Assembly: GCA_050948885.1 (NCBI GenBank) | Contig: JBMNER010000003.1 | Coordinates: forward strand, 93,826-157,825 | Direction: 5' to 3' | Source of the DNA: Bacilli bacterium | GTDB taxonomy: Bacteria > Bacillota_I > Bacilli_A > RF39 > UBA660 | Length of the DNA stretch: 64,000 nucleotides | Part shown: positions 40,152 through 49,949 of the stretch, one piece after another | Layout of the letters: each line of letters begins with the position of its first letter | How positions within the stretch are numbered: the stretch's first letter is position 1 | Notes under the pieces: generated by a model | Databases searched by the model: none | The model's input: the letters and a program-made list of their open reading frames with translations, nothing else | Told to the model about the DNA's origin: nothing | Program-made: the position numbers and the translations under genes

Positions 40152-41489
40152 CTATTTAATAACCTTTGAACAAGAACGAATGGAACCACCACAATACGGT
40201 TTATAAGTATCATTTAAACACATTGTTGCTTCGTAGAGGTTTTTGCCCTCTCTAATTTCTAAATGTAAATGAACGCCAGTTGAATATCCACTTGTGCCCA
40301 TAATACCAATTATATCACCCGCGGAGACAGATTCATTAACTTTAATAATTGGATTAACGCTTTTTAAATGAGCATAAAGGCTATAATATATTTTACCATC
40401 AATATTATGACGAATCGTTATATGATTACCATATCCATATACATCTACTCGAAAGTTAGGATATTTTGCTACCACTTTTACAACTGTTCCATCAGCTACG
40501 GCATGAATAGTTGGGTCTTTATCAGCGGGTGGCACAATATCTAAACCATGGTGCATCTTCCATTCCCCTGATTGAGGATCCCGCCTTATACCGCAATCAG
40601 AACTAACCCGACAGGACAATACTGGTAATTGCCATATCCCCATAATTTCTGGCGGCATTTCACCAAGAGAATATTCAAATTCATTATTACAGTCAAAGAT
40701 ATAACAAAATTGATTTTCACTCCACTCTATTTCTTCAACAAATTCATCACCAGATATTACATCGGCTTTATTAGGTAATACCATCGAAATATATTCGGTT
40801 TTTATCTTTTCAAAGTAATTATCGCGCGATACATCATAAATAGTATATCTTTCAGTCTCTTCATAACCAACCGGACATGTTAGAATCTCATTGGGTTCAA
40901 AGGAACTAAATGATTTTGTATCTACTACCGCTTTACTACTATTAAGCCTTCTTAATGCCTTATCATTCTTAAAGATATCAAATGAGGTTCGCTTATGACC
41001 TGGGTCTACAGAAGGGGGTGATGGCGTGTATTCCTCTTCCTCTTCCGTCTCCTCACCATATTTTGTACATATAATTTTGGCACCTTCAATAACCATCCAA
41101 TTAGCTAAAGTTTCAATTAAGTTTGTATCCATATCATTATAAGTAAAATTCCTATTATATTTATTAGTTATTGTATAAGTGGCTCCAATTAATTGAGCGG
41201 GAATAGTCACCTTTTTTTCTTCATGTATTTTATTGCGAGCGGCTAAAACCCGTTGATAAAATTTACCTTCATCACTATTAGGATCAACATCATAATCCAA
41301 GCCAACGATATAGCCTTCTGCCCCTAATGCATGATTTACCCCTAAGATGTTAGCAATTGGGGCTATTATGGCCGTAATAAGAAGAATAAAACTTAAAATC
41401 AAGACCACCTTGCCAATAATTGGCCATAACCACGGCGGAATTTTTTTTGCAAATTTAATGGCTTTAACTACTTTTCCCATATCATCCAT
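40152..41489 (-). CDS. membrane-anchored M23-family peptidoglycan hydrolase (conjugation-associated cell-wall hydrolase)
   Basis: HHGLDIV...GYGNHITIRH...GYSTGVHLHLEI is the M23 LytM signature. Confidence 0.75.
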   Translation of the reverse strand: MDDMGKVVKAIKFAKKIPPWLWPIIGKVVLILSFILLITAIIAPIANILGVNHALGAEGYIVGLDYDVDPNSDEGKFYQRVLAARNKIHEEKKVTIPAQLIGATYTITNKYNRNFTYNDMDTNLIETLANWMVIEGAKIICTKYGEETEEEEEYTPSPPSVDPGHKRTSFDIFKNDKALRRLNSSKAVVDTKSFSSFEPNEILTCPVGYEETERYTIYDVSRDNYFEKIKTEYISMVLPNKADVISGDEFVEEIEWSENQFCYIFDCNNEFEYSLGEMPPEIMGIWQLPVLSCRVSSDCGIRRDPQSGEWKMHHGLDIVPPADKDPTIHAVADGTVVKVVAKYPNFRVDVYGYGNHITIRHNIDGKIYYSLYAHLKSVNPIIKVNESVSAGDIIGIMGTSGYSTGVHLHLEIREGKNLYEATMCLNDTYKPYCGGSIRSCSKVIK

Positions 41490-41512
41490 TGTTTATTACC
41501 ACCTTTAAACTA

Positions 41513-43297
41513 TTATAAACCACCGCCACTACCAAATGATTCTAATTCTGCCTCCGTTACAATTATACGTATAGTCATCCGCTTTGAACCACAGACAAAA
41601 AGGGCAGCCCCTTGATCAAATCTTTTAATACTTTCCTTCTCGTTATCATTTAAATCAATTAATTTAGACAAATCATCAACTGCTTGCTTCTTAAGACCCA
41701 TGACAAGATAATATGAAGCATTATCAAAAATAGCTTTACCTTGGGTTATTATTCCAGCATCGCTGAAATCACTTGGTTGTTGAGTAATGATAATCGTGCC
41801 AGTATTATATTTACGGGCTCTTCTTTGAACTTGAGCTAAAAACTCAGCCCCCAAAACGTTATTACCACTTAATAATACATGGGCTTCATCTACTGATAAA
41901 ACAGTGTTAACATCTTTATCTAAACATAAACCCCAAGCATATTTTAACACATTAAAGAATAATGCGTTACGAATATTAGTATCAGCATTCATTAATTCCT
42001 TAATATTAAAAACAATAAAATCACTCTCAGCTTCAATCGTAGTGTGACCATCAAAATAATATTTTAGCTCCTTTGTAAGAGGCCTTATTTTCAACTCTAA
42101 CATTTCCATAATATTACGTTCATGAGTCTTTTCAGTCATAGATACTAATTTACCTTTAATAGTAGCATACACATCCTTAAATGTCGGATAATCTTTCGAG
42201 GTAAAAGTACTAAAATCAGTATTAAAATCAATCCCAAATCGACGGTAGGTATCCTGAACCATTTCACTAAATAAGGTTAAAACATCTTCTTGAATTGAAG
42301 GATCATAATAACGCATAAATGCTTTTAAAAACTGTAGGGTTTTGGTGAGAATCGTATAACCTAATCCTTGTTTTAACTCATCTTCATCAGCATCAGTAAT
42401 TATCTCTAGGGGGTTAACCATACCAAATTCGCCACCTTTACCTAAATCAATAAAATCGCCGCCATAAAGGTTGGTCATCTCCTCTATTTCCCCTTCTGGA
42501 TCAATAGCCACAATCTGGTATTTATTACGAATATGATTACGGAGCAATAATTTAGCCGCTGTTGATTTACCACTACCAGTAGTACCAAGAATAATCATAT
42601 TAGCGTTAACGCGGTTATGTTCCTTTTTAATTTGGTATAAAAACTGATTAAATAATATGACACCGCCTGAAAAATCAACTCCTAGTAAAGTGGATAAACC
42701 TTCATCTTTGATACTATCAAAGATAAATGGATACATAGCGGCCATCGTCACAGAAGGAATTGGGGTGCCAATTCGTTGTTCTATATCTTGACTTTCAAAG
42801 ATAGGAATAATTGACTTAAATACCTTTTCTTGTTCAAAGCGCAGTGGAATTGCCCTTAAACCCATAGCTTCTAAATAGTTTTTAAGTTGTAACTTTTTAT
42901 TTTCTAAATCTTCTCTCGAATTACCAACTAACATAAGATGCATTTGAAAGTCAAATATTCTCGCTTGGGTTGCGGTCAACATCGAAATGAAGGTTTCTAA
43001 TGAATCAACATCTTGCCTAATACGTTCCTGAATAGTTTTATCTTTTTCCTCTTGATAACGGGCTTTTAAATCAGCAATTTCTTTATTTAACATTTTAGCC
43101 ATGGTACCAAAAGGCACAGGAATATGTTTTATTACTAATTTTATTCCCGACATACTAGTTAGACCAGATAAGAATCCTGGAGCGATAAACTTGGGATACG
43201 ATATTACTGAAAGTATTGTCGCATATTTATCACTAACAACAAAGTCTCCAGGGTTAAATTGTAATCCTTTCGGAGCTAATTGACTTTTAAAATTCAT
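41513..43297 (-). CDS. VirB4/TrbE-like conjugation ATPase, ATPase domain
   Basis: Walker A GTTGSGKST and Walker B VDEAH; 594 aa. Confidence 0.85.
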   Translation of the reverse strand: MNFKSQLAPKGLQFNPGDFVVSDKYATILSVISYPKFIAPGFLSGLTSMSGIKLVIKHIPVPFGTMAKMLNKEIADLKARYQEEKDKTIQERIRQDVDSLETFISMLTATQARIFDFQMHLMLVGNSREDLENKKLQLKNYLEAMGLRAIPLRFEQEKVFKSIIPIFESQDIEQRIGTPIPSVTMAAMYPFIFDSIKDEGLSTLLGVDFSGGVILFNQFLYQIKKEHNRVNANMIILGTTGSGKSTAAKLLLRNHIRNKYQIVAIDPEGEIEEMTNLYGGDFIDLGKGGEFGMVNPLEIITDADEDELKQGLGYTILTKTLQFLKAFMRYYDPSIQEDVLTLFSEMVQDTYRRFGIDFNTDFSTFTSKDYPTFKDVYATIKGKLVSMTEKTHERNIMEMLELKIRPLTKELKYYFDGHTTIEAESDFIVFNIKELMNADTNIRNALFFNVLKYAWGLCLDKDVNTVLSVDEAHVLLSGNNVLGAEFLAQVQRRARKYNTGTIIITQQPSDFSDAGIITQGKAIFDNASYYLVMGLKKQAVDDLSKLIDLNDNEKESIKRFDQGAALFVCGSKRMTIRIIVTEAELESFGSGGGL

Positions 43298-43851
43298 TAT
43301 GACATCACCGCCCCAAACTCAGTCTCCATCCCGGCATTTAGGAAGTTGTTTAAAATAACGCGCAGATCTTCATTGGTTGTTTGTAAACTATTTAAACCGC
43401 ACGCGGAAAGACCATTAATCAAAGTTCTTATGCGCTTTTGAATAACATCAATGTTTTTCTCCTTAAATAATAAATAATACTCGGTATCAACAACATTATT
43501 ATTCATAAACATATTGGCTTTATTAATATCTTCCATTACCATCTTCCTCGTTATAGGATCTTGAGTTGAATTATATAATAATTGTAATTGGGCTAAATAC
43601 ACCGAAATATCTACTGGTCGATCAGCCACCATAATCCAAAACTCATAATCAATAATATTATAAAGATTCTTAAACCCAATTAAAACATTAGTCTGCGCAT
43701 CGGAATCTAACATGAAAATATTTTTTGGCATTATTTTAACACCCGTTACTTTCATATTGTTATCAAGAGTAATCATGCCATTACTAATTGATTTAACCGG
43801 AATATAATCTTCGGTATATTTTGATTTACTTCCCTTCTTTATAATACTCAT
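43297..43851 (-). CDS. VirB4 N-terminal domain encoded as a separate ORF (ATGA stop/start overlap with the ATPase ORF)
   Basis: EDYIPVKSISNGMITLDNNMKVTGVKIMPKNIFML resembles the N-terminus of Firmicute VirB4 (Orf16/TcpF-type). Confidence 0.5.
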   Translation of the reverse strand: MSIIKKGSKSKYTEDYIPVKSISNGMITLDNNMKVTGVKIMPKNIFMLDSDAQTNVLIGFKNLYNIIDYEFWIMVADRPVDISVYLAQLQLLYNSTQDPITRKMVMEDINKANMFMNNNVVDTEYYLLFKEKNIDVIQKRIRTLINGLSACGLNSLQTTNEDLRVILNNFLNAGMETEFGAVMS

Positions 43852-44146
43852 GCATACACCAACCCTTCCATATATATCTTTGTCTGTTAGTATAGAAACT
43901 TAACATACTTGTTAATACTACCAACACATTATGATAATTTGGTATAGGTGCGACCAATACACCACTTATTAGTGCGGGCGATAAAATTATCATTGTAGAA
44001 CCAAAATTATCTGTTGGTAAAATTAATAATAATACAATTGTAATTGCAATACCAGTACCAAATAATATTATATCCACAGAACGAAATATATTAAAAATAA
44101 GTGCTCCCCTTTTGGTATTAGCTGGTATTAAATAACTATCATTCAT
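43826..44146 (-). CDS. VirB3-like small membrane protein
   Basis: 106 aa with two transmembrane helices, lies directly upstream of VirB4. Confidence 0.4.
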   Translation of the reverse strand: MNDSYLIPANTKRGALIFNIFRSVDIILFGTGIAITIVLLLILPTDNFGSTMIILSPALISGVLVAPIPNYHNVLVVLTSMLSFYTNRQRYIWKGWCMHEYYKEGK

Positions 44147-44172
44147 ATGCTAATTTAATTCCCCTTTCTATT

Positions 44173-45897
44173 TTATGGTGTCCCTGAACCAGGTCCACCA
44201 GCTCCAGCCCTATAGGTAGTTCTTCTTGGTTTGCCTGGTGTTTGTTTTTTCAAAGCTTCTAGTTGCTTTTTCTTTTTTTCTAAATTTTCCTTAGCACCTT
44301 CCACAGTAGCTCTCATGTGTTTTTCCCTCGCAATAGCCGCATTATAATTAGCATCAGCCGCTCTATATTCAGTAGAATTCGCACCATATTGTTGAGCTAC
44401 TATACTGCGTTCAGTATCAAGACGACTCATTTCTATTTGTATATCTTTATACTGCCCTTCATATCTTTGCATACGGAATTCTGCGTTGTCAACATCATCT
44501 TTAGCATCTTGAAGGTGAGCTTTACTAGCAGCCGCACCAGCCACCGCCCCACTTGTTTTCCGATTAAACCATGCTCCAAATCCTGCCTGAGCCTTTTCGT
44601 CACCTGTTGCTGCTTGCAATACAGCCGTTGATCCCGATTTTAGGCCTCCCATTCCAGAGCCGCCTTTGCCTTTTTCATCTAAACCCATAAATGGCACACT
44701 TTTGGCGCCGGCTGCACCTCCTTGTAATAGCCCAGCAGCCGCACCAGCCCAACCCCCTGTTACTGCGCCTGTGATTGCCCCGCCAATAGCACCCGCCGCC
44801 GTTGATCCCGCCATGCCTACGCCAGGGATTTGCTTAAGTTTCGTTAATGGGTTAATATTAAACTCACCAGTTCCTTTAATCCCAAATAATTCTTCAATTA
44901 ATTTTGGAGCTTGTTTAGCGAACATTAACGCTCCAAAAATAATAAATAACTTTACCCAAGCGCCCTCAATTACCCTGGTTTCATCAGTAATATCCCTAAA
45001 ACCAGTACCAGTTAATTCGGAAATTATAAAAACAACAAAAAATATAATTATTAATCTTAAAAATAAGCTCAGATATGTTGAAACACATTCTTGAACCCAT
45101 TTTGAAAAGGGACCATCCTTTGACGACTTTGGGTCAACATAAGACGCTATTGGTATGGGAGCAATTAATTGTAAAAAACCTAATTTTACTACCCTCACTC
45201 CTACATCAATTGCCATTCCTACTAATAAAATTACTACAATCACACCCGTTACTGTAGAAATAAATAATGAATAATCAAATAAATAATCTTCCCCATCGGA
45301 AAAATTATGTTTTACCGTAATAATACTACCATAATACCGAATGTCCATTTCGTTCTCAGCACTTTCATAAAACATCTTAATAGCGCTACCGTCTTCTAAA
45401 ACCCCGCTTGGTTTAATCTCAAAAAAAGGTTTAAAGATATGAAAAGACATTTCTTTCCCCGCTTTATTTTGAATGGAATCACCAGCACTAGCAGCACCCC
45501 GTGATTCTGACGTTATACCAAGTAATATTCGTCCGATAGTATTATCTTCTATTACTAAACCTTGTATCCTGTATGCCGTTTTAAAGATTAAAGGTACACT
45601 AATAATCAAAACTAATACAATAATCACCCTTGTAACAACCTTACCAGCACCCTGCTCCTTATCAGTCATTATATCAGGGTTTACTAACATAGATAAAAAG
45701 GTGAAAATTAATTTAAATAATATAAAAACCCCCAATAAAGCATAAATTCTTGTGGCTAGTAAGTCAATTGTTGTACCAGCCATGCTAGCACGAGAAACAT
45801 CCATGATTAATTGATAAACTATAGTAATAAACCAATAAACCACGCTGTCCAACGTAAAGAAAAAATCTCTTATTGCATCAGAAAGCCAAAATTTCAT
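44173..45897 (-). CDS. VirB6/TrbL-like polytopic channel protein with a GC-rich Gly/Ala-rich plus coiled-coil C-terminal tail
   Basis: at least 6 transmembrane segments, then GGAITGAVTGGWAGAAAGLLQGGAAGAK... and KKKKQLEALKK. Confidence 0.55.
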   Translation of the reverse strand: MKFWLSDAIRDFFFTLDSVVYWFITIVYQLIMDVSRASMAGTTIDLLATRIYALLGVFILFKLIFTFLSMLVNPDIMTDKEQGAGKVVTRVIIVLVLIISVPLIFKTAYRIQGLVIEDNTIGRILLGITSESRGAASAGDSIQNKAGKEMSFHIFKPFFEIKPSGVLEDGSAIKMFYESAENEMDIRYYGSIITVKHNFSDGEDYLFDYSLFISTVTGVIVVILLVGMAIDVGVRVVKLGFLQLIAPIPIASYVDPKSSKDGPFSKWVQECVSTYLSLFLRLIIIFFVVFIISELTGTGFRDITDETRVIEGAWVKLFIIFGALMFAKQAPKLIEELFGIKGTGEFNINPLTKLKQIPGVGMAGSTAAGAIGGAITGAVTGGWAGAAAGLLQGGAAGAKSVPFMGLDEKGKGGSGMGGLKSGSTAVLQAATGDEKAQAGFGAWFNRKTSGAVAGAAASKAHLQDAKDDVDNAEFRMQRYEGQYKDIQIEMSRLDTERSIVAQQYGANSTEYRAADANYNAAIAREKHMRATVEGAKENLEKKKKQLEALKKQTPGKPRRTTYRAGAGGPGSGTP

Positions 45898-45915
45898 ATA
45901 ATCACCCTCATAACA

Positions 45916-46968
45916 TTATCTAATTAAATCTTTACATAAAGTCATATCAATAAAACTTAATAATAAATTTAACATAACTGGTAAAAAGAAAATTACAACT
46001 CCAGCAATTAACCTTTTAACAAAGATACTTTGAGCTTCCTTTAAAGCCTTTTCATCATTTGATATTATTGCGCGACTAAAGTCCATCATCCCTAATACTA
46101 TTAATAATACTGGGACAGCTATTCTTATAATATCTAAAATATTATTTATTTCTTCCCATAGCTCGCTTGATATTAAAGCACAACCTTCTCTATCTAAATC
46201 AGGAATTATTATCGAAGGCCCCATTAATTCAAGAAAATGGTGCATATTGGCCATTGTATCATCTAGACGTCCCTTCTGCGCATCTGATAAATCACCCTTT
46301 TCAATAAGAGCGACTTTTATTTTTTCCATTGATTGAAGACGACTAGCCACTTTTTGACTAACATCTTTATAATGTTTGACTGACACAGGGAATTTTAACC
46401 ATCCAAAATGCGGAGAAATTTCTGGATTAAGGTTCTTTAGAGATTCCTGGGATCTGGAAGCCGCTATTAATGCGTTCTCTGCTTTTATATATGACTGGCT
46501 ATCTTTAGTTATAAGGTACTGTGCTGACCATTCTTCGAACTCATTTGCATGGCGTTTAAAAGTTTCAAACGTTTCATCTATTTTTTTTATATCATCATCA
46601 CTAGATAGTTCTAAAGGGAAGAGGCTCCACTTATCCTTAAAAATTAACTTATCCTTACTCCAAGGGTTATACCACTGAGACTTAAAAGAATCGGCAAAAC
46701 TTGGACATTTATCTTTGCTGCCAGGTGAATCAATTTTTGCACTATCAAACTCACGAATCTTACTGTTACGCATATACCCAATTATCTTTACCTTGTTTAA
46801 ATCATTAGTATCATATTCCATTGCCACCTCCCATAAAGTTGTAGGCCTAATCTCCGAAACTATAATACCTCGATAATAACAACCCCTCATCTCAGCTCTA
46901 ATACTAGTTACTCCCATAAAAAAAACCGAAAAAAATAAAAATATATATATACTAATTCGCCTCATCAT
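45916..46968 (-). CDS. secreted protein with a C-terminal membrane hairpin domain paralogous to the one in 47104..47433
   Basis: signal peptide; C-terminal IRIAVPVLLIVLGMMDFSRAIISNDEKALKEAQSIFVKRLIAGVVIFF. Confidence 0.35.
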   Translation of the reverse strand: MMRRISIYIFLFFSVFFMGVTSIRAEMRGCYYRGIIVSEIRPTTLWEVAMEYDTNDLNKVKIIGYMRNSKIREFDSAKIDSPGSKDKCPSFADSFKSQWYNPWSKDKLIFKDKWSLFPLELSSDDDIKKIDETFETFKRHANEFEEWSAQYLITKDSQSYIKAENALIAASRSQESLKNLNPEISPHFGWLKFPVSVKHYKDVSQKVASRLQSMEKIKVALIEKGDLSDAQKGRLDDTMANMHHFLELMGPSIIIPDLDREGCALISSELWEEINNILDIIRIAVPVLLIVLGMMDFSRAIISNDEKALKEAQSIFVKRLIAGVVIFFLPVMLNLLLSFIDMTLCKDLIR

Positions 46969-47018
46969 AATTACACCTCTTCAGATATTATTTACACATA
47001 TTTATTATAACATAATTA

Positions 47019-47049
47019 AAAACAATAATAAACTGTTTATTATTGTTTT
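47019..47049. terminator. perfect 13-14-bp palindromic hairpin (attenuator/terminator) immediately after the pilin-like gene
   Basis: aaacaataataaac tg tttattattgtttt. Confidence 0.45.
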
Positions 47050-47103
47050 AATCACACTAAACATAATATAATATTACTATTATATATACATATTAAAAAT
47101 TTA

Positions 47104-47433
47104 TTATATTTTTTCCACAATGCTAATGTTATTATTTTCCATACCAAGACAATTTTCCGGCTTCATCCCCTCTGGTAAAAGACCAAATAGTAACCATATT
47201 AATGTCCCTACAAAGAATACTGCCACTCCCGCAATAGCTCTTTTAACTAATAATTGTTGAGCGGCTTTAATTTCATCGTCTTTACCAGCTACCACCGCTT
47301 TACCTAAATCAAGGCTACCAAAAATTACTAGTAATATTGGTATAGCAATCCTAAATAAGTCAATAATTTTTTTAATAAAATCAATAATTCTAGCCAAATC
47401 TGGATTTTCACAAGTAACTTGTAAAATATACAT
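47104..47433 (-). CDS. small two-helix membrane protein, candidate pilin (VirB2/TrbC-like or Tad-associated)
   Basis: 109 aa; IPILLVIFGSLDLGKAVVAGKDDEIKAAQQLLVKRAIAGVAVFFVGTLIWLLFGLL; followed by a strong hairpin. Confidence 0.35.
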   Translation of the reverse strand: MYILQVTCENPDLARIIDFIKKIIDLFRIAIPILLVIFGSLDLGKAVVAGKDDEIKAAQQLLVKRAIAGVAVFFVGTLIWLLFGLLPEGMKPENCLGMENNNISIVEKI

Positions 47434-47497
47434 ATAATTCCTCCTCTAATCAAATAGCATGGGATAGTTTCCCATCTAATATAAATTATATCATAAC

Positions 47498-48481
47498 TTA
47501 AAACTTAAATAAACCTAAAATTTTCGCTTTTTCCTCTTTTTCGGCCGTTTTTTGTCTAATAAAACCTAATTTAGTTAAGAAAAAGTCTAAAACAGGATGC
47601 TGAACCTTTCTTTCATCTAGGGGTGGAACATTAAAAAAGACCTTTGATCTAGATTCGTATTCAAAATCTAAGACATCGTTGGAAGTTAATAAACTCTTAT
47701 TCAAGACAATTTTCTTACCCTTTAGTTTTTCAAACACCTTACGGTCGCGTCTTATTAATTTGTTTAAACTTATGGTTGATGGTTCTATTAAATATAATAT
47801 GTCATGACAAATATCGTCATTTTCATAATTATTTAAATCAATTAAAACCACATCCACATTATTAAGTCGCATTATCTCAGTTGATAAAGACTGGCTAGTG
47901 GTACTAATCATATCCTTATCATTAAAATAAACAAAGTCACGTCTATCCACCTCTATCGCGGCTACCGTATAGTTACGCTCCAATTGTTTTTTTAACATAT
48001 AAACTAAAGTAGTCGCCCCCGCATGATCAGTCATATTTTTAATGCCTAATATTTTAACGCGACCACCCGCTACCTTTTCCACTACCGTTTCGGTCAGTTC
48101 CTCTAATTGATGAATATGAGCCACATCACGATAAGAATTAGGATTATTGTATAAATACATTATTCCCTCTTTATTTCTTGTAAAGTTATAAATACCCATA
48201 GATATTAACTTAGATAAATAAAGAGAAGAACCACTTTCTGGACTATCATCTAATAATAATATAACTTTATTCATATCAAGGGCCATCGATAACTTTTGTA
48301 AGTTAGTAACGTCCTTATAATCCTTAATTGCGGTAATATCAAGAATCATTTTATTAAAAAAGAAATTTTTAAAAGTACTAATTATCTCTTCAACCGCAAA
48401 CTCACCATTAAGTGATTTAATTACATCAATTTCTAAGGTCGCTAGTAATGACTGATATTTATTAGCCACAATAACATTCAT
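47498..48481 (-). CDS. CpaE/TadZ-like ParA/MinD-fold protein with degenerate P-loop
   Basis: KILGIKNMTDHAGATTLVYML sits at the position of the deviant Walker A; context. Confidence 0.4.
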   Translation of the reverse strand: MNVIVANKYQSLLATLEIDVIKSLNGEFAVEEIISTFKNFFFNKMILDITAIKDYKDVTNLQKLSMALDMNKVILLLDDSPESGSSLYLSKLISMGIYNFTRNKEGIMYLYNNPNSYRDVAHIHQLEELTETVVEKVAGGRVKILGIKNMTDHAGATTLVYMLKKQLERNYTVAAIEVDRRDFVYFNDKDMISTTSQSLSTEIMRLNNVDVVLIDLNNYENDDICHDILYLIEPSTISLNKLIRRDRKVFEKLKGKKIVLNKSLLTSNDVLDFEYESRSKVFFNVPPLDERKVQHPVLDFFLTKLGFIRQKTAEKEEKAKILGLFKF

Positions 48482-48504
48482 TTTACCACCATGTCTTTCC
48501 TTTA

Positions 48505-48876
48505 TTACTTATTAATCATAACTCTAGTCTCGCCAGTAATAGGAAACCTTAACAAATTCCCCACCACTGGAAAATCAAAACTAATAAAAGTAGTCACACT
48601 ATAATAAGTTCCTACGCCACCAGCCGAAATAGGCATAATAATATACTCATCGGTATATAAAATCCTACCTAGGAACTCATCAATAGTGCCAGCTGCTGTA
48701 CCCGGCCCAGTACTATTTTCATCATACCCTTCATATTGTTCTATAATAGAGATAATACCATTTTTAGTTCTAAAAGCCTGTGAATAGTTAACTGATATCG
48801 CTAAAAATGATATATATATCCCCAAAAAGATAAAGAATATTTGGATAAGAACCGTACTACCAATTGCCGCCTTCAT
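48505..48876 (-). CDS. small protein with N-terminal transmembrane segment (TadE/pseudopilin-like candidate)
   Basis: MKAAIGSTVLIQIFFIFLGIYISFLAIS. Confidence 0.3.
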   Translation of the reverse strand: MKAAIGSTVLIQIFFIFLGIYISFLAISVNYSQAFRTKNGIISIIEQYEGYDENSTGPGTAAGTIDEFLGRILYTDEYIIMPISAGGVGTYYSVTTFISFDFPVVGNLLRFPITGETRVMINK

Positions 48877-48890
48877 ATCCTAACGATCCT

Positions 48891-49106
48891 TTAATCTATA
48901 CTTTCAATGTATAATGGTAAATTGATAGATAATGCCTCATAATTAGAAATCATTGAAATAGGGACATTAGGTTCCTTTCTGCCGCCCCAACGTTCTCTGA
49001 TTTCCTTAAACATATCTTCTAACATAAAATTTAAAAATAACAGTATCGCTACCGCAGCAATAATAACAATAACTGTCATATTTAATTCACCTGTGGCCTC
49101 TTTCAT
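48891..49106 (-). CDS. 71-aa protein with N-terminal hydrophobic helix (Flp/pilin-like candidate)
   Basis: MKEATGELNMTVIVIIAAVAILLF; no canonical G/xxxxEY motif. Confidence 0.3.
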   Translation of the reverse strand: MKEATGELNMTVIVIIAAVAILLFLNFMLEDMFKEIRERWGGRKEPNVPISMISNYEALSINLPLYIESID

Positions 49107-49166
49107 CGTTAACTCCTCCTTTATTAGTAATTACATTATATATAATTATTATCTAACTTACAATAA

Positions 49167-49949
49167 TTAAAACTGAAAAATCATCAACATTGACAGTAAT
49201 AAGATGGCTAATGTACCGCCACCGGTAACCACCAACATAATTAAAGTCCTTTTTTCCATGTTTCCTAATCGTTCCTTATATCTTTGTTCCCGGGCTTTAT
49301 TTTGTAACGCCGAGACTGTTCTTGAAAACATTAATAGTTGTTCTTGTTTATTTTCTTGAGCGCCAAGCCCCAAGCGATATAATAATCGCATCATACGCAT
49401 TGAATCTCTTACCGGGTATTCCTTCGCAAACGCCATATATGGTTCAATACTAGAATCACCAGCATCTATCTTGGCGATTAGTTCTCTTAATCCCGGTTTA
49501 AAAATGGGCGGGGCTGTTTGAATTGATCTAGATAAGGCCATTGGCGCCGTATAATGTTGAATTAATATTTCTAAACTTTTTAAATAGTATGGCAACATCA
49601 TATCTATTTCATGCAAATTTCGTTTATAATGGTTTCTTAGTGTTATATACTGCATTTTATAAACAAAATAACTAATAACAATAGCGGCGATAAAATTAAT
49701 AAAATTGAGTTGCGCAATAAAAACAAAAATAAAAATTACAAAAGCGACTAAAGCATTTCTAATACGAAGTGAAAATAGTTTTTCCACATCAACATCTTCT
49801 CCATGCTTAGCGCGTACATAAAAAACATAATCTGTTTCTTTTAAGATATTAAAATACTGTTCATTATCTTTAATAAATTTATTAGAACTAATTATTTGAT
49901 CATATTCTAAAATAAATAAGATAATTGCCCCTACTAATAGAACCTCCAT
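49167..49949 (-). CDS. TadC-like (GspF/T2SSF-domain) inner-membrane protein
   Basis: TM-cytoplasmic-TM topology; cytoplasmic helical region LPYYLKSLEILIQHYTAP..LSRSIQ....IFKPGLRELIAKIDAGDSSIEPYMAFAKEYP is T2SSF-like. Confidence 0.55.
   Translation of the reverse strand: MEVLLVGAIILFILEYDQIISSNKFIKDNEQYFNILKETDYVFYVRAKHGEDVDVEKLFSLRIRNALVAFVIFIFVFIAQLNFINFIAAIVISYFVYKMQYITLRNHYKRNLHEIDMMLPYYLKSLEILIQHYTAPMALSRSIQTAPPIFKPGLRELIAKIDAGDSSIEPYMAFAKEYPVRDSMRMMRLLYRLGLGAQENKQEQLLMFSRTVSALQNKAREQRYKERLGNMEKRTLIMLVVTGGGTLAILLLSMLMIFQF

Noticed and set aside
47498-48481. Calling the 327-aa protein a partition ParA
   Set aside because: The P-loop is degenerate and the gene sits inside the Tad-like module. 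A CpaE/TadZ-like role is more consistent, though still low confidence.
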